Of a DNA stretch of 64,000 bases, positions 1 through 12,400 are shown piece after piece; positions within the stretch are counted from its first letter, which is position 1, and the number at the start of each line of letters is the position of its first letter. The stretch comes from Octopus sinensis (taxonomy: Eukaryota): positions 42,346,001-42,410,000 of the forward strand of contig NC_043000.1 of assembly GCF_006345805.1 (NCBI RefSeq), written 5' to 3'. Position numbers and translations under genes: made by a program. The notes under the pieces are model-generated. The model was not told where the DNA came from. It saw only the letters and a program-made list of their open reading frames with translations, and made no database searches.

Positions 1-562
1 TAAGGGTCTATGATTCGCATCCTAATTAGTAATCAACATTGCACTGAGACGAAGGTCAAGAAAAGTTATGAAGCTGTCTTTGCTTCCCATGTCTAGCCTA
101 AAGCCAGTATGGATAGAGTACACTGAAATGTTTCTGGAATACGTATCGGTAACGCCGAGTGCTATAAAAATGTATCGGATATACGCGAGTGCTATTAACG
201 CTATAATCTAGATAGATGTATCATTGAATTCTACATAAATGTGCACAATTTTTCTAGTAGCTCTTTGCTGAACTGTTCACGGGGAGCAACAGACTTGTTA
301 CGGTGAACTTCAATGTCTACATCAAAGGTTTTCTACGACTTTTCACCATAGATGCAGAGTACTGCATAAATCAACTTCAGCAGATGATGTGAAGTACATT
401 CTAAACCCGAAGGACGAACACTGGGAAAAGGGTAAAAAATGTTCATTATTAACCGTTACCTAACAGAAGACTGTTTTTTGATTTACCAACAGAAGTATTC
501 GGAATATCTGACCACGTATCCATGTGGAGAAAAGGTTTGTCGAAAAATGTTTTTGTTAATAG

Positions 563-607
563 TGTATGTATGTATGTATGTATGTATGTATGTATGTAGT
601 ATGTATG

Positions 608-694
<87 letters not shown>
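563..694. repeat. (TATG)n/(TA)n microsatellite
   Basis: Direct reading of the tandem units. Confidence 0.95.
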
Positions 695-697
<3 letters not shown>

Positions 698-785
698 CTC
701 ATCGGCTATTGAAATATTTAACTGCCTTTGGAAAAAAGTGCTCGCTGAGCTTGACACAGGATGTCAAACAAATCAATAAAAGTAA

Positions 786-1055
786 AGGCGTGGTTGTGTT
801 GTAAGAGACTTGCTTCCCAAGCACATATTTCCGTTTTCAATTCCACTGTATTACACTTTGGGCAAGTGTCTTCGACCAAAGACTTGCAAGAGGACTTGGT
901 AGACGGAAACTGAAAGAAGCCCGCCGTATATATATATATGTATACACACACACACACAAAACACAACACATATATATATGAATTAATGAATTTTACCTTA
1001 ACCGGTTGATTGCATGCTAACTGCCTGATAAAATCTAACGTAGATTTTATCCTTA

Positions 1056-1088
<33 letters not shown>

Positions 1089-1335
1089 ATATATATATAC
1101 ACACACAATAATGAATCTCTATGAGTGTGTGTATGTGCATTATTCCCCGCACTTCCACTTGACAACCGGTGTTGGTGTGTTTACGTCCCTGTAACCTGGT
1201 GGTTTGGCAAAAGAGACCGACAGAATAAGTACTAGGCTTGAAAAATAAGTCTTGCTGACGATTTATTCGACTAAAACCCTTCAAGGCTGTGCTCCCATCA
1301 TGGCTACAGTTTAATGACTGAAAGAAGTAAAAAGT
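786..1335 (+). mobile_element. Bipartite tRNA/CORE-like SINE (head 786-927, internal microsatellite plus extra sequence, tail ~1145-1335)
   Basis: Head ends ttggtagacggaaactgaaagaagcccg as in copies at 45163, 35513 and 14952. Tail gacaaccggtgttggtgtgtttacgtccc...gctcccatcatggctacagtttaatgactgaaa matches 47630-47820. Confidence 0.85.
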
Positions 1336-1459
1336 AAAGCGAAAGATAAAAAGATAAATAAAAGTGCTGTATAACCTAGAGATAAATAAAAACGCAGTGA
1401 AACAGTGTGGGAACAAATGATGTATATCATCCGCAAAAGCAATTTCGTATACTTGATGT

Positions 1460-2450
1460 CAGATTCTCCGTGCAAATCGAAACGTGGTGCCATCCACCAT
1501 TTCGTTTAAGAACGGGGATTTCGTCCATGAAACATTGTGTATGGTAAAGTGTGTCACGAAGGTGAAGGTGGTGGATGGGCTGCGAGAAATATACATCAGG
1601 TGATTAATAGCGCATGTTGTGTTTGATGTAGTCGAAAGAAGTATTCTACGCGTAGATATCTTAGTCCACTCTAACCAGGAGAAAATTGCAACCATCTCCA
1701 CAAATCAAAGGGGACCACCTCTTCCTTTTTTTATCTCCACTAATACACAAAACTCTTCGCACATCAACTGGTAGACTTGTTACTCAGATACTGCAATTGG
1801 ACTAGAGGCCATCTGTGGTCCTACAATCGGAGAACAGTTTGATTTCTTTAAATGTCTAAGAGCTTTCCAGGGAATGTCTCTATATTTAGTTCTCGTAGTG
1901 AATCGGAATTGCCTTTTAAATGCGCGATGGGCTTGTGTGAAACTAGTGCATAAGAGAATGGAGTGCAATATCCTTAAAATCTGGCTCTGATTCTTCAAGC
2001 TTTCTAACAAATATTGACTGAATTCCTCAGATATGCAGATCATTCAGATCGCATCTAGACGGATATTTTGTTAAGCCAGTGGATATGGACACTGTAGAAT
2101 GTCCACAGTTCAAACTAGTTTGATATACAGACTACAGATTTGTAATTTGCACGGTCTACTTAGAGACGGCTCATAGACAGGAATATAGTTACTGGAAATT
2201 GAACTTGTCTTTGCCGGCACACAAAGACTACAGGGACCATATTACCAAATTACTTAAACAGCAATTGGATAGGAGCAATCATCAACGATTGTCTGCGAGG
2301 TGCTTTGAAGAGGGTAATAAGATCGGAGGTGGTATCGTTTAGTGAAGAGCTACAATAGAAATATAGGTTAAGCATGGGGAAGTGGAAACTAGTTAGCAAT
2401 CTCGAAGGGGCAAACAGCAAGAGCATCGTGACCGACGTGTCAGCGGTCAA
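1460..2450 (-). mobile_element. Possible highly decayed DIRS/Ngaro-type retrotransposon RT/RNase H remnant
   Basis: Minus-strand peptides SSLND, LDAI*MICISEE...RAFKRQ...DIPW and EMVAIFSWLEW...SNTTCAIN...SRS...NEMVD follow the order of the Ngaro/DIRS RT thumb and RNase H motifs. Many stops and frameshifts. Confidence 0.35.
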
Positions 2451-2814
2451 AATGACTCCTGAAAATTTCTTTAACGCAAAACATGAGAGCTGCATTGTTA
2501 GAATTAGGGTTGGAGCGCTAAAACACGAGGAAACGTTGAAAAATGAGCCTGGTTTGCAAAAGTGTGATGTGACAACTAAGCAACAAATCGGTCTAAGATA
2601 GATAGAGATGAGGGTGTGCACCAAGTAGATATGTACGGCTTTCTAACATCACTTCATTCTGGACAAGTGATCAACTGGAGACAGAAGTGAACTCTAGTGT
2701 CTACTTTGACGGCCTGTCATAAAATCAGCAGAAGATGATGGTAACAGCTCAAACACGGACGCAATGAATGGTGGCACAAATAAAAATCACCTGTCCAGGA
2801 CAGTATGCGTAACA

Positions 2815-2914
2815 NNNNNNNNNNNNNNNNNNNNNNNNNNNNNNNNNNNNNNNNNNNNNNNNNNNNNNNNNNNNNNNNNNNNNNNNNNNNNNNNNNNNNN
2901 NNNNNNNNNNNNNN
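2815..2914. other. Assembly gap (100 N)
   Basis: Run of 100 n characters. Confidence 1.
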
Positions 2915-3014
2915 AGAAGAGGAAGAGGAAGAGAAGAAGAAGAAGAGGAAGAGAAGAAGAAGAAGAGAAGAAGAAGAAGAAGAAGAAGAAGAAGAAGAAG
3001 AAGAAGAAGAAGAA
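2915..3014. repeat. (GAA)n microsatellite
   Basis: Direct reading. Confidence 0.95.
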
Positions 3015-3384
3015 GCCAATGATGTTGAAAAAGGAAAAGGGAAAAAATTAAAGGAAGAAGTAAAGAATGAAAAGAGAATAGGAAGAGAAAAATTGAAACA
3101 GGAATAGCAAAACTGGATTCGTGCCTGGACTGAATTCATAGGCGCGTTTACAAATTGGTAGGGATTTAGGTAACCAACTGTGTGTGTATGTGTGTGGTTA
3201 TGCGCGCATGTATCCATACATATTTGCATACATTTACATTTATATATAATCATACATACACACACACACAAACACACACACACGCACTCACTCACACACA
3301 CACTGATATATATTACATTCAAACATAAATACAAATTTACAAACACTCTGATATATAAATTTACATTTGTATATAAAAATATAG

Positions 3385-3418
<34 letters not shown>

Positions 3419-3444
3419 CCTCATACACAGCCTTTATAGTCATT

Positions 3445-3645
3445 TCTAGGATAGGCACAAAAGCACAATGTCTTAAATTTGGTTGTGGGGAGGGGCAGGC
3501 CGGTTATATTGACTCCATTACTCTACTGTTACTTATTTTGGCCGACACAGAAAGAATGGAAGACAAAGTCAACCTCAGCGGAATTTGGGCTCAGAATGTA
3601 ATGGGCCGAAAGAAATGCCGCTATGTATTTTGTCTGGCGTATTAA
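3445..3645 (-). mobile_element. tRNA-derived SINE with Nin/Deu-like central domain (decayed)
   Basis: aaagtcaacctcagcggaatttgggctcagaatgta matches the array units at 59240-60416. Confidence 0.75.
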
Positions 3646-3844
3646 ACTTTCCCCAAGCAATAGCAAGTTGTAAACAAACTTGGAAGGAAAAATGTTTCAT
3701 TACATAATTCTCCAAAAGTTTGACATTTTTACGCTCGAAAAATATTTTTTCACAAAATATGCTTGTACATGATGAAGATGGGTTCTCATAAAATGATTTC
3801 TTTTCATAAAATATTATCCAACAAGAACGCTATCTCAGAGAGTT

Positions 3845-4180
3845 GAGGGCCCCTTCAGTCATGATTGACCATGGGATTGCACCTAGAAACTTACCTTCTC
3901 AGGCACAAGTCCGAGCAAAGGTTGTTTATGGAAGACCATCAGTCCCGCTGCATACCAGCCTCCCCTCTCCACGCCACCAGTTTTATCCAAGCGAAATGCA
4001 TAGGCCGATACAACTTTGCACCTGTGACGTCGCAACTCATTTCTATAGCTGAGTGAGCCGGAGCAACGTGAAATAAAGTGTCTTGCTCAAGAACACAACA
4101 GCAGCCCGGTCCAGGATTCGAACTCACAACCTCACGATCATAAGCTCGACGCTCTAACCACTTGGCCATGCGCCTTCACA
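3845..4180 (-). mobile_element. tRNA-derived SINE, near full length (family C)
   Basis: Reverse complement starts gtgaaggcgcatggccaagtggttagagcg (A box), then gagttcgaatcc (B box) and ttcttgagcaagacactt. Second copy at 49490-49700. Confidence 0.85.
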
Positions 4181-4257
4181 ACCTCAGAGAGTATTACAAC
4201 GATATTTTAATAAATTGCCTGAAAACAATTACTGTGTATGAATAATATTGTAGAACC

Positions 4258-4420
4258 TGTTCGTCTGTCTTTATGTTCTGCGTTCAAATTCCATCGAGGT
4301 CGACTTTGCCTTTCATCCTTTCGGGTCGACAAATTAAGTACCAGTTGCGTACTGGGTCGATCTAAATGACTGGCCCCATCACCCCAAATTTCGGGCCTTG
4401 TGCGTAGAGCAGAAAAGAAT
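4258..4420 (+). mobile_element. Nin/Deu-domain-like SINE, 5'-truncated, with apparent target-site duplication
   Basis: gcctttcatcctttcgggtcgacaaattaagtaccag core. aatattgtagaacctgt occurs on both sides (~4244-4260 and ~4418-4434). Confidence 0.85.
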
Positions 4421-4503
4421 ATTGTAGAACCTGTATACAAATGCAAGTCAGACTCTGTGTGCATGTGTTTGTACGTGTGTATGTGTGTCTATGTGTGTTG
4501 AGT

Positions 4504-4666
4504 AAAAAGGAGGCAGTCAGAATTTTGGATAATCCTTTATTAGCGATTTCGTTCATTTTTGAACTCGTCATGACAAAATCAAAAATTTTTATTTTGTTTT
4601 CACGAGTTCGAAAACGTATGAAAGCGCTAATAGGATTATCCAAAATTCTGACTGCCTCTCCTTTTT
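4504..4666. repeat. Inverted repeat (~76-bp arms) containing a degenerate hammerhead motif; probable PLE pLTR remnant
   Basis: aaaaaggaggcagtcagaattttggataatcct ... aggattatccaaaattctgactgcctctccttttt. Confidence 0.85.
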
Positions 4667-4705
4667 CAATATACAATATCTGTACACCACTTCAAACACT
4701 CTCAT

Positions 4706-4850
4706 ACACACACAACACACACACACACACCACACACACAAAACACACACACACATACACACACACACACACACAACACACAACACACCACACACACACA
4801 CCACACACACACCACACACACACACACACAACACATACACAACACACATA
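4706..4850. repeat. Imperfect (CA)n microsatellite
   Basis: Direct reading. Confidence 0.95.
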
Positions 4851-4897
4851 TATATAATATATATAATATATATATATTATATATATAGATATATACA

Positions 4898-5410
4898 CAA
4901 CTTTATAAGGGCAAACGAAAAAATTTCTAATACCAAATATGCCGAAAATTGGACATATTGTCCATTACCATATAATTTTTCACAATAAGTACGCTAATCG
5001 AAAAAAAGCCGACAGAAATTTCTAAAAAAATTCTATTATTACTATATCGGACTGATTTCAGCGTTAGTTCGTAAGAACCCTCCCTTCGTCAGTGATAAAT
5101 GTGGCAAAAGAAATAAATGAGATACTTACTCATACCCATTGAAGTTTTGCTTCTTCCAAGGAGTAAGTATGAGTAAATATCTCATTTATTTCTTTTGCCA
5201 CATTTATCACTGACGAAGGGAGGGTTCTTACGAACTAACCCTGAAATCAGTCCGATATGGTAATAATAGAATTTTTTTAGAAATTTCTGTCGCTTTTTTT
5301 CGATTAGCGTACTTATTGTGAAAAATTATATGGTAATGGACAATATGTCCAATTTTCGGCATATTTGGCATTGGAAATTTTTTCGTTTGCCTTTATTTAT
5401 AAGTTGTTTA
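4898..5410. repeat. Long inverted repeat (~235-bp arms, ~30-nt spacer); probable inverted PLE pLTR
   Basis: 4898-5135 is the near-exact reverse complement of 5167-5410. Confidence 0.92.
5205..5257 (+). ncRNA. Hammerhead ribozyme-like motif (minimal PLE type; mirror copy 5045-5097 on minus strand)
   Basis: UAUCA-CUGACGA-AGGG..GUUC UUAC GAAC..CCCU-GAAA-UCAG-UC-CGAUA. Core intact; stem III minimal; A.C mismatch at base of stem I. Confidence 0.55.
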
Positions 5411-5493
5411 TAATTTTAACCTTTAAAGGTATTTTTTAATATGCTGACCATTGATAAAATATCTTTTTGAAAAAATGTGTATCCTACATTAAA

Positions 5494-6634
5494 TCTCTCT
5501 CTATATAAACGGCAGTTTGTCTGTCTGTGTGTCTGTGTGTCTGTCAGGTTGTACCCTCACCCTGACCACGGCTTTCAACCGATTCTGATGAAACTTGACA
5601 CACACATAGCCCAATGTCATAATTCAAAACTAACGCAGCGAAAATTTTGAAAAGTTCCCCCAGTTCTGAAAAGAATCGATAAATTCGACATGGGGTCGAG
5701 AATCTAAGCTTTTTATATGCAACACATTTTCTGTTGTAGTTTTCGCAACTTGCAATCGATTTTCACCAAACTCATGGAAGCTTATGTTACCTCAAGAAAC
5801 TTATTCTGACGTTAGTTTTCCATGCAATACCTTACCATCAGAAAAAATCGATAAAATCATGCCATTTTGGGAAATCGCGTTCAAATTCAAGATGACATAT
5901 TTTCGATAATATCTTTCACAAATTGGCAGGAATTTTTTTTTTAAATTCACAGCGAGCATCATGTCTGCTCCAAGGAGCTATATGGCTCTTTTTATTCCAA
6001 TAGGATACTTTATCACTGGAAAAAATCAGTTAATTAAATCATATGTGGCACACATAGCAAACCGATTTGTGTATTAAACACAAACCACACACTGTCTAGG
6101 GGACGCAACTTGACCCTTTTAACTCTCGGAACACCTGGGGTAAGTATCCCAAAATGTATAAAAATGTACAAAAACGGCAAAAAAGCGGGCAGCAATGTGA
6201 GTAACAACAACGAAAAAGTCAAAAGTGACCAAACTGAACAAACGAATGGAAAAGTTTTTTTGGTGCACACGACAAAAGCGATTTATAATAAACCAAGAGT
6301 TTGCAAGTAGCGTCCGAGAACTCTTAGGGTACGTCAAAAATTTAAGTTAAACCTTTGGGGTGGTAGTTATTAAGAAAGTTTAAACAACAAAAGTATTCGA
6401 ATAACTTGCCGCTGCAGCAGCTATTAGCAGAAGTGGCGGTGTTGGGGGTAAAGTCTCGAATGTAATTTATTCCTGGTAGGAATTGGTTGGGTTGAATTAT
6501 CAATAGCTGTTTGATAGTTATTTGGGAGTGAAGAGAAGACATTGCAACCTACACATGCGCCTTCGTTCCTAGAGGCAAAGGACTACATTGGGATTAGTCA
6601 TTGCCTACTAGGGGCTCTTACATACCCGGGCAAT

Positions 6635-6635
<1 letters not shown>
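5494..6635 (+). mobile_element. Non-autonomous Helitron-like element, 3' end truncated by (TA)n
   Basis: Starts A|TCTCTCTCTATATAAA followed by (GTCT/GTGT)n. Ends cccgggcaat, resembling the 3' hairpin arm of the Helitron at 37052. Confidence 0.55.
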
Positions 6636-6714
<79 letters not shown>

Positions 6715-6879
6715 TATATATATATTGGTAAAAACGGTAAGATAACAAAAGAAAGAAAGAGACCTCAATATTATGTAAATAGAGTAAATTTATCTATATA
6801 TAGACGTATGTATATATATATAGTTCAACTACCAGTTTTAAAAATATAATCAAACATAACACACAAAAACCACAACAAG

Positions 6880-7400
6880 AAAACAGTTGTTCATGCAGGA
6901 ATAAAAAATTGTGCCCGCTAAATGGAGCTAGCATGTCCGAGACCATCATCTATGAAGCTACCGTGAACTCTATAACCACTAAAGACACCGTTTCGACGAA
7001 GAAATACGTGGGCCTTACAGAGGGTAATTTCAAGGCCAGGTTCAATAACCACACCTTGAGTTTTAGGCACTGGAACAAAAGAAAAGCGACAAAATTATCT
7101 AATCATATTTGGTCTTTAAAAGATAAAGGTGTCGGTTATAACACTAACGGCAGCGGAAAGTGTGGTCTATGCGACATGGAGAGATGGCTTATCTGGAAAA
7201 GCGGCTTAGACCCAACTACATGTCTAAACTCAAGGACAGAACTTTTCGGATCATGCCCATATGTGACAAAATTTTTGTTACGTTTTTGGTCCCCTAAAGA
7301 AAACAGATACAACTTGCTTTCTATATTATGTCCCAAATATATAAACAATTATAAAAATTATAAACAACTTATGAATAAGGGCAAACGTCTAAATATATCA
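6880..7400 (+). mobile_element. Penelope-like element GIY-YIG endonuclease fragment and 3' region (Naiad-like)
   Basis: CSCRNKKLCPLNGAS, IIYEATV, KYVGLTEGNFKARFNNH, LSNHIWSLK, CGLCDMER, LNSRTEL. The GIY-YIG motifs are preceded by a CxCx5Cx5(C>S) linker. Apparent short deletion before TNGSGKC. Confidence 0.85.
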
Positions 7401-7469
7401 AAGAAAGTGGTTCAAACGTCCTTCCCGAGCCCACTCTCCCGGATTCCGTGGTGTATAAATTCTTCACTT

Positions 7470-7637
7470 CCCTGTACGAGATGTCGGTCCATCTCATTTT
7501 ATTCCTTTTTGTTAGCTGAGTCGACTGGAGTCGACTGGAGTTCATGTACGAAACACATCGCCAGGCCCAGTAATAGAAACCACAATCTTACGGTCATAAG
7601 CGCAACGTCCTAACCACTAAGTCACGCGCCTCTACAC
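7470..7637 (-). mobile_element. Decayed tRNA-derived SINE
   Basis: Reverse complement gtgtagaggcgcgtgacttagtggttaggacgttgcgc is a tRNA-like head similar to family C. Confidence 0.65.
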
Positions 7638-7979
7638 AAACCTTTGTGTGTCTGATTGCTAGATTGTGTGTGTGTTGTCAGTGTGTGTGTGTGCCCTGAA
7701 CCAAACAAATGATATCAAATTTCTGAAGTATTCTGCCAGATGTATTCTAGGTTGGACAGTAAAAATTATTCCATGAATAACATTTAAATATTTTGAAAAC
7801 ATACGAATTCATCGTATTGTTGCAAATTTAATTATTTACTACACTGTCTGACATTATGTGACTGCTTATTAAATATTTCCCATAAACAAAAGAAGCGATC
7901 AACATTTACTATCATATAAGTGCAATAGGCTCTTACTCGTGTCTGAAACTTTAATTGCTAATATAAATAGTTCCCTAAA

Positions 7980-8180
7980 GAGGCGAATTGTTAGCCGGCC
8001 GGGTAAAACGCTTAGTGACATTTCGTCCGTCCTTGAGTTTAAATTCTGTCGAATTAGACTTTACATTTCATCAAATTGGTGTCGATAAAACACGTGCCAA
8101 TTGGGCACCTGGGATCGATGTAATCGGTTTACTTATTCCCCCGAACTTGTTAGCCTTGACCCAAAATTTAAAACCAATAT
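7980..8180 (+). mobile_element. Nin/Deu-domain-like SINE (decayed)
   Basis: gaggcgaattgttagccggccgggtaaaacgcttag...tttcatcaaattggtgtcgataaa. Confidence 0.7.
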
Positions 8181-8774
8181 AAATAGCGCGCCCACCATTG
8201 TTATTTCGGTATTCGCGAAAGCAATATTAACAGCTGTGTCTCAAACATAAACCCACCTTCAGGAATTGTAATAACTGATAATATAAATATCTGTATCGAG
8301 TAGTTAACACCGGAAGGTAATGTATTTCACATAAATAGAACAATACAATACCCGTAATATGCTGCAAAGAAATGTCGTATAATAAATGAAAGAACGAATG
8401 ATTTAAACAAAAGAATGGAGATAATTTTTAAATGCAGTCAAAACAAATTCTACATAGCAAATTATAACCTACGCAGACCAGATTTATTATGTACCGGAGA
8501 TAAAAAAAAAGTCACTTGATCATTTAGAATATACGCCTGCTCCATAATTTTTCCAATTATCTAAATTACAGTTTTTCAAAACCTCCATCATTACGATGGC
8601 CATCGGCGTAACAATAACAGTAATCGAAAGTGAGACTCCATTAACAATAAAAGGTATTTATACGCTTAGATATATTGAGTACTGTTTACTATTTTGAAAT
8701 GGCATACACACATACACGCATACTTGTAGATAACATATTGCCCCGTACACACACACATGTGTGTAAGTAGTACA

Positions 8775-9043
<269 letters not shown>

Positions 9044-9324
9044 GTGGCTGTGCAATGCGTGTATGTACAAACATAAGTTTGAGTATATATATTTAAAGTT
9101 AGACAGACACATACAGACATGATATGATTGTGCTCCCCGTTTCTATACATTCATCAACCTAAACGTATATAAAATTGAATTTGAATTATTTTATATGTGT
9201 GTGTGTTCTGCGTGTGTGTGTATCCATACACACACACACACACACGCACACACATACACACGCACACACACATATATAAAGCGTTTTGCATACTTTTAAC
9301 ACACGAACTCACACACCCATCCAT

Positions 9325-9381
<57 letters not shown>

Positions 9382-9505
9382 ATATATGTATATCTATGTA
9401 TTTATGTATGTATGTGTGTATATTCAAGATTGATAATTTTCAGATATTCTCGAATTGTATACAAAGTAATATAAAATAAATAGATATGCACACACACACA
9501 CACGT

Positions 9506-9540
<35 letters not shown>

Positions 9541-10448
9541 CATATATGTATATATACACATATATATACATATACATATATACATACATATATATTTATA
9601 TATATAGATATTGATATATGTATATATATATATATTATATATATATATATATTTTAAATTGATATTGATATATATATATATATATATATGAATATATATA
9701 TATATATATATATATATGACGAAAATCAAATTAATGATAGTGAAATGACTTGTTACTATATAATCCAATTTAATTCTGAATTATATAATAAATTAACATA
9801 CGGCGTAAAAGTCACAGAGGTGTTTGAGGTTTTGACATTAACAAAGATTTTGAAATATTATGATAAATGAGAATTAAGTTAAACTTTTGTTATGTGAATA
9901 AAACAAATAAGGTACACACACACATATATTCAATCACATATCACTTTCGCATTAACTTCTACTCACTCAGAAAACCGAAATGTGCGCATGCGCAAAACAA
10001 TATGAAGAGTATAACAAATATGAAGATAAGCGACAAATACGTGTTTTAATGACATTTTGTTTCTTAATTCAGGGTTCAAACCCGATTGTTGTCAGAGACA
10101 TATAATGCATGATTACTCGATCTTACGGAAATAGCAGTCGGTTATATCTCGTTGATATGGCATCCCGCCATCTTAGCAAGAGACACACGCGATAATGTGG
10201 TTCTGGGTCCCGTAGTTCTGGTCACATAGAAGGCCGCATTTATGCGTGTGCGTGTGTATGTATGCAAGTATGTATGTATGCATGTAGAACAATCGGCACA
10301 AAACCACCAGCAACGATCTTACAAGTAATTTGTAATAATCATTCATACACACATACACGCACACACGCACACACAAACACACACATATATATGTGTGTGT
10401 GTGTTTTAGTTGTTTCAGTCATTAGACTGTGGTCATGCTGGGCCCACG

Positions 10449-10515
<67 letters not shown>

Positions 10516-10552
10516 TGATCCAGTGTGCCTTTTTCTGACACAACAGATGAAA

Positions 10553-10614
<62 letters not shown>

Positions 10615-10771
10615 AATATATACATATATAACATATATATATATATATACATACATACATAATACATATATATATATATATATATATAAATACATACATA
10701 TAATATTATATATATATATATATATGCAGACTCATTTTAGCGCTAATCAAGCTCACACACACATACACACA

Positions 10772-10807
<36 letters not shown>

Positions 10808-11098
10808 CACATCACAAAAAATAAAAATAATGAATTATGATGGTATGTATACATGTGATATAAATGTTCATTCATATCCGTTTCACAAAATAATTGTTTC
10901 AGTTTTCAATACATATTTCGCCAACTATGCATTTATTTGAACCGAACCGATGAATAGGACTAATTGCATTGCTAGTAAGCTCTGCAAATACGTTGATTTA
11001 GAATGAACGTTGTTGCTTTGGTTTATAGAAGGATATTGTAGTAGATACAGAATCCGCTTGAAATTTTCTGAACTTAGTGCTATTTTCACTCAGCAGAA

Positions 11099-11213
11099 AT
11101 AGGATGCTTTAAAATTTGAGAAAAAAATACGCACTTACATACTCTGTGTCTCTCTTTTCTTATATATATATATGTTAACGGTAAACATAGACAATTAATT
11201 CATTCATCCGTTT

Positions 11214-11262
<49 letters not shown>

Positions 11263-11303
11263 ATATATAAATGGATGAATGAATTGTCCTATGTTTACCG
11301 TTA

Positions 11304-11348
<45 letters not shown>

Positions 11349-11408
11349 AAAAGAGAGACACAGAGTATGTAAGTGCGTATTTTTTTCTCAAATTTTAAAG
11401 CATCCTAT
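11099..11408. repeat. Inverted repeat with (TA)n spacer
   Basis: ataggatgctttaaaatttgag...ttcatcc (11099-11215) versus ggatgaa...ctcaaattttaaagcatcctat (11265-11408). Confidence 0.9.
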
Positions 11409-11807
11409 ATATATATATATAGTTCAGTTTTGTATCTGGTTTGCAAGATTCCTTATGTGAATTCGTTTGTTGAAACAGATTTTGCTGTGCCTGGGATGAG
11501 TCATATATATATATTTCTGAGTGCTTGTGCTATTGCTAGATAGTATTGAGTCCTGTATGTCAGATACCTTGTGCGGTTTCTGATGAGTGCTTCTGGTAAC
11601 ATGGAATCCAGAGCAACCAGTTGCAAGGTCGGATCGCTGGTAACTAAACTGGCACATTCACTGAGCAAGCTTGGCGAGGGGAACTGCCAGAGACACACAT
11701 ACATACTTACATCAATACACATACATCTGTACACATACATATATTTATACACACACATATCAATATCTTTCTATATATGTGTGTGCACATATACATACAT
11801 ACATACA

Positions 11808-11889
<82 letters not shown>

Positions 11890-11970
11890 GCTAGCTATCT
11901 ATCTATCTATATATATATTATATATATATATTATATATATATATATAATATATTATATATATATATATAT

Positions 11971-12250
11971 AGGGGGCACCATCGTTTTGGAAGTTACTTG
12001 ACCCTGTTATCTCCCCTACTGTCCTCCTCGCGTCTGACCACTGTCAGAGGTCAGGACGCTATGATAGATCGTTAGCTCCTACACGTATTTTTTCTCTCCT
12101 TGTTTTTCTGTGTATCTTTCTGTCGAAGAGCGTAGGCTCGAAACGTAAAAGACTTTTTCTATTTCTATTCCTGAGCGCCATACTAATACATTTTTTTGTT
12201 TGTACTCCACCTGCCTTCGTCTTTTGTTTATTTTCGTAAACTTTCCCGTT
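11971..12250 (+). mobile_element. PLE pLTR/3'-UTR remnant inserted in (TA)n
   Basis: Carries an HHR-like motif. cgttttgg...ttatctcccc segment resembles 57008-57065, which follows a GIY-YIG C-terminus. Confidence 0.6.
12115..12152 (+). ncRNA. Variant minimal hammerhead ribozyme motif
   Basis: UCUUU-CUGUCGA-A-GAGC GUAG GCUC-GAAA-CG-UA-AAAGA. Stems I and II pair perfectly; A6>U core change. Confidence 0.55.
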
Positions 12251-12302
12251 ATATATATATGTATGTATATATATAATATATATATATATTATATATATAT
12301 AG

Positions 12303-12333
<31 letters not shown>

Positions 12334-12400
12334 ATATAATAATATATATCTATATATGTATATGTTTGTGTTGTGTGTGTGTGTGTGTGTGTGTATGTGT

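Noticed and set aside
2764-3107. Poly-Glu/poly-Lys ORFs
   Set aside because: They span the N gap and a (GAA)n tract.
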